From positions 1 to 16,211 of the forward strand of contig CAVSBT010000024.1 in the NCBI GenBank assembly GCA_963726245.1: 16,211 bases of DNA, given 5' to 3'. The stretch is from an uncultured Chloroflexia bacterium. GTDB taxonomy: Bacteria; Chloroflexota; Dehalococcoidia; DSTF01; JALHUB01. Shown here in pieces: positions 6,681 through 16,211 of this stretch. Under the pieces are notes generated by a model, which saw nothing but the letters and a program-made list of their open reading frames with translations, had not been told where the DNA came from and did not search any database. Each line of letters starts with the position of its first letter. Position 1 is the stretch's first letter. A program made the position numbers and the translations under genes.

Positions 6681-7460
6681 ATGACCGACGAGTTCTCTCT
6701 CGAAGCCTTCCAGGCCCGTCTGGCCACCCGCTTCGTGGGGCGGCGCCTCCTCTACTACCCGTCCCTCCCATCGACGCAGGACGCCGCCAGGCAGGAGGCC
6801 GAGCGCGGCGCCCCTGAGGGCACCACCGTCCTCGCCGACCAGCAGACGGCCGGTCGCGGGCGCCTGGGCCGGAGCTGGGTCTCGCCTCCGGGCGCCAACC
6901 TCTACTTCTCGGTGGTCCTGCGGCCCGCCGCCGAGCACCTGCGGACGCTGGGGATGATCTGGCCCCTGGCTATCTGCCAGGCAGTGGAGGAGGTGACGGG
7001 CCTCCAGGCACGGGTCAAGTGGCCCAACGACGTGCTGGTGGGGCCGCGCAAGCTCGCCGGCGTCCTCATCGACTCCGGGCTCAGCGGCGACCGGGTGGAC
7101 TACGCCATCGCCGGCATCGGCCTCAACGTCAACTTCGACGTCGCGGCCCACGAGGAGATCCGGGACATAGCGACCAGCATCTCGGCTGAGCTCGGGCGCG
7201 AGGTGGCGCGGGAAGAGCTGCTGGCCACAGTCCTGGGCCGCTTCGAGGAGCTGTACGAGGCGGCGCGTCGGGGCGAGCCGGTACACCTCGCCTGGAAGGA
7301 GCGCCTCGATACCCTCGGCCGCCGCGTCCGTGTCGGCTTCGGCGAGAGGGTGGAAGAAGGCATCGCCGAGGACGTCGAGCCCGACGGCACACTGGTCCTG
7401 CGCCGGCCCGACGGCTCGCTGGTGCGCATCGAGGCCGGCGAGGTCACCCTGAAGGGATAG
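6681..7460 (+). CDS. birA: Biotin--[acetyl-CoA carboxylase] ligase, class I (no N-terminal HTH)
   Basis: STQD, QTAGRGRLGRSW.SP, KWPNDV, KLAGVL, GIGLNV and C-terminal AGEVTL. Alternative start 6663. Confidence 0.95.
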   Translation: MTDEFSLEAFQARLATRFVGRRLLYYPSLPSTQDAARQEAERGAPEGTTVLADQQTAGRGRLGRSWVSPPGANLYFSVVLRPAAEHLRTLGMIWPLAICQAVEEVTGLQARVKWPNDVLVGPRKLAGVLIDSGLSGDRVDYAIAGIGLNVNFDVAAHEEIRDIATSISAELGREVAREELLATVLGRFEELYEAARRGEPVHLAWKERLDTLGRRVRVGFGERVEEGIAEDVEPDGTLVLRRPDGSLVRIEAGEVTLKG

Positions 7461-7467
7461 CGGCGGG

Positions 7468-8364
7468 CTAAGACTCCTCGGGCTCCTTCTCCTCGCTCTC
7501 TTCGGCGCTCTCCAATCCTGGCAGCGGGATGCTGGCGGGGGGCTCGGTCACCCCCGGGGTCGCGCCCCCGGCGGGGGCAACTAGCGCCGCCCCGCCCCGG
7601 CTCATGAAGGCCTGGATGATGTCGATGGGCACCGGGAAGATGATGGTGCTGTTGCGCTCGGAGGCCACCTCGGTCAGGGTCTGGAGAAACCGAAGCTGGA
7701 GCGTGTTGGGCGCCGAGGACATGATTCGCGCGGCGTCGGCAAGCTTCTGGGCCGCCTGGAACTCGCCCTCGGCGTGGATGACCTTGGCCCGCCGCTCGCG
7801 CTCGGCCTCCGCCTGGCGGGCGATGGCCCGCTGCATTGTCTGGGGCAGCTCCACGTCCTTCACCTCGACGGTACTTACCTTCACGCCCCAGGGCTCCGTC
7901 TGCTCGTCGATGATCTTCTGGAGGCGCTGGTTGATCCGCTCCCTCTCCGAGAGCAGCTCGTCCAGGTCCGACTGGCCGAGCACGCTGCGCAGCGTCGTCT
8001 GGGCGATCTGGGAGGTGGCCCGGAAGTGGTCCAGCACCTTGACCACGGCCGCCTCAGGGTCCACCACCCGGAAGTAGATGACGGCGTTCACCTTCACCGT
8101 GACGTTGTCGCGGGTGATGCACTCCTGGCTCGGCACGTCCATGGTCACGATGCGCAGGTCTATCTTCACCATCCGCTCCACGACGGGGATGATGAAGAAC
8201 AGGCCCGGCCCCCGGGCGCCCACCAGCCGGCCGAGACGGAAGATGACGCCTCGCTCGTACTCCTGGACGATGCGTATGGCGTACGGGTAGGCGAAGAACC
8301 CCCACGGGGGTATGAGGAGGAAGAAGCCGAGGGCGATCAACATCGCCTTCACAAACCGTTCCAT
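7468..8364 (-). CDS. SPFH/stomatin-like (slipin) membrane protein
   Basis: [77 protein letters not shown] upstream. Confidence 0.95.
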   Translation of the reverse strand: MERFVKAMLIALGFFLLIPPWGFFAYPYAIRIVQEYERGVIFRLGRLVGARGPGLFFIIPVVERMVKIDLRIVTMDVPSQECITRDNVTVKVNAVIYFRVVDPEAAVVKVLDHFRATSQIAQTTLRSVLGQSDLDELLSERERINQRLQKIIDEQTEPWGVKVSTVEVKDVELPQTMQRAIARQAEAERERRAKVIHAEGEFQAAQKLADAARIMSSAPNTLQLRFLQTLTEVASERNSTIIFPVPIDIIQAFMSRGGAALVAPAGGATPGVTEPPASIPLPGLESAEESEEKEPEES

Positions 8365-8419
8365 GGCTAGCTCCTTTGCTTGTGCCTCTTCGAAAGGTCC
8401 ACGGGCCAGCCGGGCGCGG

Positions 8420-9827
8420 TCATGCCGTGCCTGCCTGCCCCTCTTCTGACCGCGGTGCCTCCGGCCGGTTGTTTCCTGCCGGCGGCTCCGGTTCTCCTTC
8501 GGCGGGCGCCCTCCTCACGGTCAGGCGAAAACCGCGCACGCCGGTTACTATAACCTTCTCGCCCACTCGGACGGGCCCCTCGTCCGAGGTGGCTTGCCAG
8601 CGCTCGCCCTGCACGAACACCTGGCCGCTCGGCTCCAGGGGCGAGCGGGCCACGGCGACGCGCCCAACGAGCGCCGGTGCGCCGGTCCTAGCGGGCGCCA
8701 TGCGCCGCATCCGGATGATGGTGCTCATGATCATCAGGAAGAATACGCCGATCACGGCGGCCCAGCCATAGATAAGCCACCTCGATACCTGGAACTCGGG
8801 GTTGCTGGTGCTGGTGAGGAGCAATCCGCCCAGGATCAGCGAGACAATGCCGCCGACGCCCAGGGCGCCGAAACTTTGCACAAAGAGCTCGGCGACAAAG
8901 AGGGCGAAGGCCAGAAGGATGAGGAGGACGCCCACCCAGTTGACGGGCAGGGTGTCCAGCGAGAAGAAGCCCAGCAGCAGGGAGATGCTCCCGACAACGC
9001 CGGGCAGGATGAACCCCGGGTGTAGCATCTCGATGGCGATGGCCGCGAGCCCCAGGCTGATCAGTATGAAAGCGATGTTGGGGTCGCTGAGGAGGAGGAG
9101 GAAGCGCTGCACCAGGCTCATGTTGTTCTCGACGATGGGGGCGTTGGCTACCTGCAAGGTGGCCGGGCCCGACAGTAGCTGCACAGAGCGGCCGTTGACA
9201 GCGGCCAGGAGGGAGGGCAGGTCGGGCTCTACCAGGTCGACAACGTTGAGCTGGAGGGCCTGCTGCTCATCGGCGGAGATGCTCTGCCGCACGGCGCTCT
9301 CGGCCCAGGTGGCGTTGCGGCCTCGGAGCTTGGCGATGCCGGTGATGTAGGCGGCGGCGTCGTTGGTGACCTTGTCGCCCTCCGTGCCCGTGATGTCCTC
9401 GCCGCCGGCGCCCACGGGGTGGGCGGCGCCGATGGCGGTGTTGGGGGCCATGGCCGCCACGTTTCCGGCCAGGGTGATGAAGGTGCCGGCGGAGGCGGCG
9501 CGGGCCCCGGGCGGCCAGACGTAAGTGATGACCGGCACCCTGGATGACTCTATGCGCTGCACGATGTCGCGCATGGAGCTGTCCAGCCCGCCGGGGGTGT
9601 CCAGGCGCAGGACGACGGCCGCCGCCTGGCTGTCCTCGGCGGCGCCGATGGCGCCTCCACGTAGCGGGCCATGACGGGTTAATCGTCCCGTCGATGGTGA
9701 CCACGTGGACGGCGTTCTTCTCCTGGGCGGAGGAGGCGCAAGCCGCCAGGCCCAGCGCCAGGAGCACGGCGCCAGGAGAAGACAGGGCGTTCCTCCTGGC
9801 CGCTCTGCCGGATGGTCTCTTGAACAT
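8420..9827 (-). CDS. nfeD: NfeD family membrane-bound serine protease, long form (two apparent single-base deletions at ~9653 and ~9676)
   Basis: ATG 9827 with AGGAG RBS; signal peptide ending in LAAC; [43 protein letters not shown]; TM segment; C-terminal OB-like V.V.GE.WQA. Adjacent to a stomatin gene, the known nfeD-SPFH pairing. Confidence 0.9.
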
Positions 9828-9890
9828 GCTGACTCCTGTCAAGAATTATATCCTTTTCGATGAGGGCGCTCCCAGGGGCTCTCCCTTCAG

Positions 9891-9919
9891 TTGAAGCCGC
9901 TAGGGGCTCATTGTAGAAT
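9891..9919 (+). promoter_or_regulatory. Putative sigma70-type promoter of the his operon
   Basis: TTGAAG (9891-9896), N17, TAGAAT (9914-9919). RBS GAGGAGG before hisG. Confidence 0.6.
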
Positions 9920-9922
9920 GAC

Positions 9923-9960
9923 CCTGCCTGCCGATCCCGACGGCGTGTCGGGCAGGCGGG
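9923..9960. repeat. Palindromic element CCTGCCTGCC...GGCAGGCGGG in the hisG 5' UTR
   Basis: Outer stem CCTGCCTG/CAGGCGGG with an inner CCCGAC/GTCGGG stem. Confidence 0.5.
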
Positions 9961-9992
9961 CTCGCTTGTTCTAAGAGGAGGAGCAGGAACCC

Positions 9993-10871
9993 ATGAGTCC
10001 CAGGGTCCTGAGGATTGGCCTGCCGGCCGGCAGTCTCCAGGAGGCTGCTCTGGCCCTGTTCCGCAAGGCGGGCTACAACGTGACGTTTCATGCCCGCTCC
10101 TATTACCCCTCTGTGGATGACCCGGAGATGGAGTGCATGCTTATCCGGGCCCAGGAGATCCCCCGCTACGTGGAGGACGGGGTGATGGACGCCGGGCTGA
10201 CCGGCTACGACTGGGTGCAGGAGAACAGGGCCGACGTGGTTGAGGTGGCCGATCTGGTGTTCTCCAAGGAGACGCGCGGGCCGGTGCGCTGGGTGCTGGC
10301 GGTACCCCTTGACTCACCCATCAAGAAGGTCGAGCACCTGGAGGGGAAGCGCATCGCCACCGAGCTCGTGAACGTGACCGGCGACTTCCTGCGCCGGGCG
10401 GGCGTCAAGGCGCACGTGGAGTTCTCGTGGGGCGCCACCGAGGCCAAGCCGCCCCTCCTCGCCGACGCCATCGTCGAGCTGACCGAGACGGGCAGCTCGC
10501 TGGCAGCCAACAACCTGCGGGATCTAGAGACGGTCCTCGAGAGCACGCCGCGCCTCATCGCCAGCAAGGAAGCCTGGGCCGATCCCTGGCGACGCAAGAA
10601 GATCGAGGACGTTGCGCTGATGCTGAAGGGCGCCATGGCCGCCGAGGGCAAGGTGGGGCTGATGTTGAACGTGAAGGTGGCAGATCTCGATACGGTCATC
10701 GCCGTCCTCCCGGCCCTGGAGAAGCCCACCGTCTCCTCCCTTTCCGACAAGGCGTGGGTCGCCGTGAACACCATCGTCGACGAGTCCGTGGTGCGGGAGA
10801 TCGTGCCCAAGCTGAAGGATGCCGGAGCGCGGGGTATCGTGGAATACCCCATCAACAAGATCATCGAGTAG
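9993..10871 (+). CDS. hisG: ATP phosphoribosyltransferase, long form
   Basis: [47 protein letters not shown]-terminal regulatory domain (PTVS.L...W.AV). 292 aa. Confidence 0.96.
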   Translation: MSPRVLRIGLPAGSLQEAALALFRKAGYNVTFHARSYYPSVDDPEMECMLIRAQEIPRYVEDGVMDAGLTGYDWVQENRADVVEVADLVFSKETRGPVRWVLAVPLDSPIKKVEHLEGKRIATELVNVTGDFLRRAGVKAHVEFSWGATEAKPPLLADAIVELTETGSSLAANNLRDLETVLESTPRLIASKEAWADPWRRKKIEDVALMLKGAMAAEGKVGLMLNVKVADLDTVIAVLPALEKPTVSSLSDKAWVAVNTIVDESVVREIVPKLKDAGARGIVEYPINKIIE

Positions 10872-10873
10872 TC

Positions 10874-11628
10874 ATGCCACCCCTGGCCCTGCACATGGGC
10901 ATCGCCAAGGAGCTGGCCGACGGCCTGCGTCACGCGGCGCTGGAGGCGGACCTGGGCGCCTACTACCTGGGATCGACCACGCCCGACATCCGCGTGCTCA
11001 CGCGCTGGGAGCGGGAACGCACCCACTTCTTCGACCTGAACGAGTTCGGCCACCAGGACGGCGTGGCGGCCCTCTTCAGCGAGCATCCGGAGCTGGCCGA
11101 CCCTGGCCGCCTGAACCCTTCGACGCGCTGCTTTCGTGGCCGGCTACGTCTCACATCTGGTCATGGACGAGGTGTGGATTGAGGATATCTACCGCCCGTT
11201 CTTCGGCCAGCAGTCCGCGTTGGGCGGCGACGCGCGCGCCAACGTCCTGGACCGCGTCCTCCAGTACGAGCTGGACCGCCAGGAGCGCGCCAAGCGGGAG
11301 ATCATGGAGCACGTGCGCCAGGAGCTGGCCGCCAGCGCCCTGGAGATATACGTGGGCTTCATCGACGCCGAGACCCTGAGGCGCTGGCGCGACATCTCGG
11401 TGGAGGTGGCGGCCCACGCCCCCGACTGGGCGAGCTTCCGCTACCTGGCCGGCCGCCACCTGAGGGCGTACGGCAGTCGGCACGCCCGAGGCCGTGGAGG
11501 AGTTCATCGAGGGCGTGCCGGAGATGCTGTCGGAGACCGTCCGGCACGTCGGCCGGGACCGCATCCAGGCCTTCCTGGACAGGAGCCGCAGCGAGACCCT
11601 GCGGGCGATCAAGGACTACCTTTCGTGA
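10874..11628 (+). CDS. Zinc-dependent phospholipase C family (PLC/P1 nuclease fold) protein; two apparent extra bases (~11129-11134, ~11475)
   Basis: Reconstructed: MPPLALH...AYYLGSTTPDI...RERTHFF...FVAGYVSHLVMDEVW...RAIKDYLS*. The N-terminal His, GxxxPD, THF and GYxxHLxxD pattern fits the Zn_dep_PLPC family. TGA overlaps the hisD GTG. Confidence 0.75.
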
Positions 11629-12951
11629 GGATCATCTACGGGGCTGAGGAGGCACGGCGGACGGTGCTCCGCCGTCAGCCCATGGGCGAGACAGAGCTGC
11701 CGCCGGCCGTCCGCGAGCGCATCCGCGAGGTCTTCGGCGCTGAGCTGTCGGCCCAGGAGGTGGTGGAGCGCATCGTGGCCGACGTGCGCGCCGAGGGCGA
11801 CGCCGCCGTCCGCCGCTACAGCCGCGCCTTCGACGGGGTCGAGTACGCCTCGCTGGAGGTGCCCCGCGCCGACGTGGAGGCCGCCTACCGAGCAGGTGGA
11901 CCCGCCCCTGGTAGAGGCCCTGCGCTTCGCCGCCGACCGCATCCGCGCCTTCCACGAGGCCCAGCGCCGGCACGGCCCGTCCGACTTCTTCGAGGACGGC
12001 CTGGGGATGCAGGTCCGGCCCCTGGAGCGGGTGGGCGTCTACGTGCCGGGGACGGTCGCCGTCTATCCCTCGTCGGTGCTGATGACGGCGATACCGGCGC
12101 GGGTGGCCGGCGTCGAGCAGGTGTACATGGCGAGCCCGGCCTCGGCCGACGGCCGCGTGTCGCCGCTCAAGCTGGTGGCGGCCGACATCGCCGGCGTCGA
12201 CCGGGTGTTCCGGGCCAGCGGCGCCCAGGCCATCGCCGCCCTCGCCTACGGCACGGAGACCGTCCCGCGGGTGGACAAGGTCTGCGGCCCCGGCAACATC
12301 TTCGTCACCCTGGCCAAGAGGGTGGTCTACGGCGACGTGGGCATCGACTCCCTCTACGGGCCCACGGAGACGGTGGTGGTGGCCGACGACACGGCCGACC
12401 CCGCGTCCTGCGCCGCCGACCTCCTGGCCCAGGCCGAGCACGATGAGCTGGCGACGCCGCTTCTCCTGACGCCGTCGGAGGCGCTGGCGCGGGCCGTCGC
12501 CGCGGAGGTGGAGCGGCAGCTCGAGGGCCTGGAGCGGGCCGAGATCGCCCGGTCGGCCCTGGAGGCGCGCGGCGGCATCGTGGTGACGGCGGGGCTGGAG
12601 GAGGCGCTGGAGCTGGCCAACGAGTTCGGGCCGGAGCACCTCTGCCTGCTGGTGCGCGACGCCGCCTCCTGGGCGCCGCGGGTGCGGCACGCCGGCGGCC
12701 TCTTCCTGGGCGAGACCTCGCCCGAGGCGGTGGGCGACTACACGGCCGGCCCCAGCCACGTCATGCCCGCCGGGGGCAGCGCCCGCTTCTCGTCGCCCCT
12801 GAGCGTCTTCGACTTCCTGAAGTTCACCAGCGTGGTCGACATGGACGCCGCCGCCCTGCGCCGGCTCGGGCCGCCGGCGGCGGCCATCGCCCGCGCCGAG
12901 GGGCTGACGGCCCACGCCCGCGCCATCGAGCAGCGCCTGGAGCGCGACTAG
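11625..12951 (+). CDS. hisD: Histidinol dehydrogenase (one extra base at ~11888)
   Basis: VERIVADVRAEGDAAVRRYS..FD, RPLERVGVYVPG, GAQAIAALAYGTE, GPGNIFV, GPTE, QAEHD, PEHL, GDY.AGPSHV.P, EGLTAHA. Confidence 0.95.
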
Positions 12952-12967
12952 CGACGGGAGATTCGAC

Positions 12968-14084
12968 ATGCGCCGGACATCCGCCGCCGACCTGACCCGC
13001 CTGCTGCGCCCCGACCTGCTGGCCATGGAGGGCTACGAGCCCATCGAGCCCACCGACGTGCTGGCCGAGGCGCTGGGCATCCCGCCCGAGCGGGTGGTCA
13101 AGCTGGACGGCAACGAGAACCCCTACGGCCCGTCGCCCAGGGCCCTCGCCGCCCTGGCCGACGCCCGCTCCTACCACATCTACCCCGACCCCCAGCAGCG
13201 CAAGGTGCGGCGGGCCCTCGCCGCCTACCTGGGCGTCGACGAGGAGCTGGTGGTGGCGGGCACCGGCAGCGACGAGCTCATCGACCTCGTCCTCCGCGCT
13301 ACCCTGTCGCCGGGCGAGGGCGTCATCAACTGCCCGCCCACCTTCGGCATGTACTCCTTCAGCACGTCGGTCTGCGGCGGGCGGGTGGTGGAGGTGCCGC
13401 GGCGGGAGGACTTCTCCCTGGACCTGCCCGGCATCGAAGAGGCGGCCGGCCGGGGAGCCAAGGTCATCTTCGTGGCCTCGCCCAACAACCCCACCGGCAA
13501 CGCCGCCTCCCTTCGAGAGGTGGAGGCGCTGCTGGGCCTGGGGCTGCTGGTGGTCGTGGACGAGGCCTACGTGGAGTTCGGCGGCGAGAGCCTGGTCTCG
13601 CGGGTGCCGGAGGCCGAGCGGCTGGTGGTCCTGCGCACCTTCAGCAAGTGGGCGGGACTGGCCGGGCTGCGCGCCGGCTACGGCGTCTTTCCGCCTGCCC
13701 TGGCCTCGCTGCTGCTGCGCATCAAGCCGCCCTACAACCTGAACGTGGCGGCCCAGGTGGCCGTCCTGGCCTCCCTGGAGGACGTGGGCGTCCTCCGCGA
13801 GCGGGTCGCCTCCCTGGTGGCCGAGCGGGAGCGGCTGTATCGAAGAGCTGGCGCGCGTGCCCTTCCTGCGGCCGTATCCCTCGCAGGCCAACTTCCTGCT
13901 CTGCCGGGTCGAGGGGCTGGAGGCGCGCTGGGTCCGCGACCGCCTGGCGGAGCGGGGCATCTTCGTGCGCCACTTCGATACGCCCCTGCTGAGGGGCTAC
14001 CTGCGCATCAGCGTCGGCCTGCCGGAGCACACGGACGCGCTCCTGCGGGCCCTGAAGGAGCTGGTTTCCGAAGGCCGGGCTTGA
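12968..14084 (+). CDS. hisC: Histidinol-phosphate aminotransferase (one extra base at ~13841-13845)
   Basis: KLDGNENPY, GSDELI, SPNNPTG, DEAY.EF, RTFSK.AGLAGLR.GY (PLP lysine). After the shift: PSQANFLL...YLRISVG.PE to TGA 14084. Confidence 0.95.
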
Positions 14085-14182
14085 AGCCAGATGCTAGGCG
14101 ACGCGAGCCTGACAGGCTGGCCTGTCCGCAAGGCTGGACGAGCTGAAGCTCTGTCCCTGCGATGGCAGGGAAGGAGCGAAGC

Positions 14183-14853
14183 GTGGTTAGCGAGCGAAGG
14201 CGTGGACGAACGCGACCGGCGGCCTCGCGGGCGGGCCGTCGGCCGGCGGCCGTCAGGGCAGCGTCGAGCGGGAGACGAAGGAGACGCGCGTCTCGGTGCG
14301 GGTGGGCCTTGATGGCAGCGGCCGGGCCCAGGTGGACACGGGCATCGGCATGCTGGACCATCTGCTGGAGCAGGTGGCGCAGCACGGGCTTATTGACATA
14401 ACCATCAAGGCCAAGGGCGACCTCCACCGCGACGCCCACCACACGGCGGAGGACGTGGCCCTCTGCCTGGGACGCGCCTTGAACGACGCCCTGGGCGACC
14501 GGCAGGGCATCGTGCGCATGGCCGACGCGCTGGTGCCCATGGACGAGGCGCTGGCCCTGGTGGCCCTGGACCTGAGCGGGCGCGGCTACTCCTCGCTGGA
14601 CCTGTCGTGGGCGGGGGAGCACCTGGGCGACCCCGCGGGCGTCTCACTGCCGACGGACATGGTGGGCCACATCCTGGCGACGCTGGCGTCGGAGGGCCGC
14701 TTCACGCTCCACGCGCGCATCCTGTCGGGGGGCAACGACCACCACAAGGCGGAGGCGCTCTTCAAGGCGCTGGGGCGCGCGCTCGGCGCCGCCAGCCGCC
14801 TCGACCCGCGCCGCGCCGGCCAGACGCCCAGCACGAAGGGGACGGTGGTGTAG
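14183..14853 (+). CDS. hisB: Imidazoleglycerol-phosphate dehydratase, monofunctional; start uncertain (probable indel near the 5' end)
   Basis: In-frame [12 protein letters not shown] from 14251, [47 protein letters not shown]. No in-frame start between TAG 14188-14190 and 14296. GTG 14183 has an AAGGAG RBS but is out of frame. No HAD phosphatase domain. Confidence 0.9.
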
Positions 14854-14856
14854 GGG

Positions 14857-14951
14857 GAGCACAGGGCACATAGGGCATAGGGCAAAGAACCGAGAAGCGG
14901 AGCCAGCGGCGTTGTGTTCTTGTCCTGTGTCCTTTGTTCTTTGCCCTTTGT
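14857..14951. repeat. Degenerate heptamer tandem repeats forming an inverted repeat between convergent hisB and purS
   Basis: AGGGCAC/AGGGCAT/AGGGCAA units on the left and TGTCCTG/TGTCCTT/TGTTCTT/TGCCCTT units on the right. AGGGCAAAGAAC (14879-14890) is exactly complementary to GTTCTTTGCCCT (14936-14947). Confidence 0.6.
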
Positions 14952-14981
14952 TTAGGGTGGTGAGGGGGTGGTGGGGCTCCG

Positions 14982-15230
14982 CTACGCTTCCTCCAGCTCA
15001 AACCGGTAGTTCTCGATGATGGGGTTGGCCAGGAGCTGCTTGCACATCTCGTTGAGCAGCCGCTCCGCCTCCTGGCGGCTGCCGCCGTCGAGCCGGATCT
15101 CCATGTACTTGCCGGCCCGCACGCTCTCCACGCTGGCGAAGCCCAGGGAGTGCAGGCCGCCCTTGATGGTGAGCCCCTGCGGGTCGTTCACCGTGGGCTT
15201 GAGGGTGACGTAGACCTTCGCCAGGAACAC
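14982..15230 (-). CDS. purS: Phosphoribosylformylglycinamidine synthase subunit PurS
   Basis: VYVTLKPTVNDPQG..I, VRAGKY.E, MC.QLLANP.IENY. 82 aa, GTG start with GGGAGG RBS. Confidence 0.95.
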   Translation of the reverse strand: MFLAKVYVTLKPTVNDPQGLTIKGGLHSLGFASVESVRAGKYMEIRLDGGSRQEAERLLNEMCKQLLANPIIENYRFELEEA

Positions 15231-15232
15231 AG

Positions 15233-16152
15233 CTAGCCCTCCCTCGGAGCTGCGATAGCTCCCGCCCCGTCAGTCTGCGGTACGCCTCCCGGTAGCGCTC
15301 CGACGTGCTGGCCACCACCTCCGGCGGCAGCTCGGGCGCCGGCGGCTGCTTGTTCCACCCCGAGGCCGTGAGCCAGTCGCGCACCGGCTGCTTGTCGAAG
15401 CTGGGCTGCGGGCCGCCGGGCTGGTAGCTCTCGGCGGGCCAGAAGCGGCTGGAGTCGGGCGTCAGCACCTCGTCGATGACGATGAGCGCCTCCTGGCCGT
15501 CCGCCTCCACCCAGCCGAACTCGAACTTCGTGTCGGCGATGATGATGCCGCGCTGGCGGGCGTACTGGGCGGCATGCTTGTACAGGGCCAGGCTGCGCTG
15601 GCGGAGCGCGCTGGCCGCCTCGGCCCCCACCATCTCCACCACCTGCTCGTAGCTGATGTTGAGGTCGTGGCCGCTCTCCGCCTTGGTGGAGGGCGTGAAG
15701 ATCGGCTCCGGCAGCTCGTCGCTCTCGCGCAGGCCGGGCGGCAGCCGGATGCCGCAGACGCTCTGCGACTCCCGGTACTCGGCCCAGCCGGAGCCCGACA
15801 GGTAGCCGCGCGCCACGCACTCGATGTCCACCCGGCGCGCCTTGCGCACGATCATGGACCGGCCGACGAACTCCGGCGGCAGCTCGAAGGGCAGGCCGTC
15901 GGCGGCGGTGCCGTCGGCCAGGCGGAGGAAGTGGTTGGGCACCACCGAGGCCGTCTGCTCGAACCAGAAGGCGGAGAGCTGGGTGAGCACCGCGCCCTTG
16001 TCCGGGATGCCGTTGGGCAGGACGACGTCGAAGGCGGAGATGCGGTCGGTGGCCACCATGAGGAGGCGGTCGCCGAGGTCGTAGGTGTCGCGCACCTTGC
16101 CCCGGGCGTAGAGGTTGGGGAGGTGAGTCTCAATCATGACCGGCGATGTCAC
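15233..16152 (-). CDS. purC: SAICAR synthase; stop at 15233 needs one missing base near 15257
   Basis: [81 protein letters not shown] start with AAAGGGAGG RBS. Confidence 0.95.
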
Positions 16153-16211
16153 CTACGCACCCTCCCTTTCAGCTTCCCTACTTTGCCAACCCCTACGTCG
16201 CCAATCCCACG

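Noticed and set aside
9918-9974. His attenuator leader peptide upstream of hisG
   Set aside because: The short ORF has no His codons, its ATG overlaps the -10 box, and no terminator U tract or T-box motif is visible.
11136-12446. Fusion of the PLC-like protein with the HisD N-terminus (436-aa ORF)
   Set aside because: Artefact of indels at ~11475 and ~11888; correction gives separate genes overlapping at GTGA 11625-11628.
14857-14951. CRISPR array
   Set aside because: Units are 7 nt and degenerate with no unique spacers; no cas genes. No CRISPR array, tRNA or rRNA was recognised anywhere in the window.
14998-15232. C-terminal extension of PurC overlapping purS
   Set aside because: The extension is out-of-frame purS sequence; adding one base near 15257 stops PurC at TAG 15235-15233, just before the purS start.

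Overview
GC-rich bacterial chromosomal window of mostly housekeeping genes. Gene style suggests Chloroflexota, possibly Dehalococcoidia-like; this is inference, not a search result. Order: partial HesB/IscA/ErpA Fe-S carrier gene (-); a divergent promoter pair and a rod-like structured RNA candidate; a tightly packed + strand run of C4 zinc-ribbon coiled-coil protein, large serine recombinase homologue and RNase HI; a GTAG-type REP doublet; RNase P RNA (rnpB); a small secreted protein; murE; a lower-GC VOC/PhnB-like gene; a self-contained structured small transcript with a sequestered SD and short ORF; birA; nfeD-stomatin (-); a partial his operon (hisG, Zn-dependent phospholipase C-family gene, hisD, hisC, hisB); and convergent purC-purS (-). 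About 12 single-base frameshifts hit conserved genes and look like read/assembly indel errors. The best leads are a catalytically dead but otherwise intact large serine recombinase embedded in the zinc-ribbon/rnhA/rnpB locus, a PLC/P1-fold zinc hydrolase coupled inside the his operon, and two unannotated structured RNA candidates.
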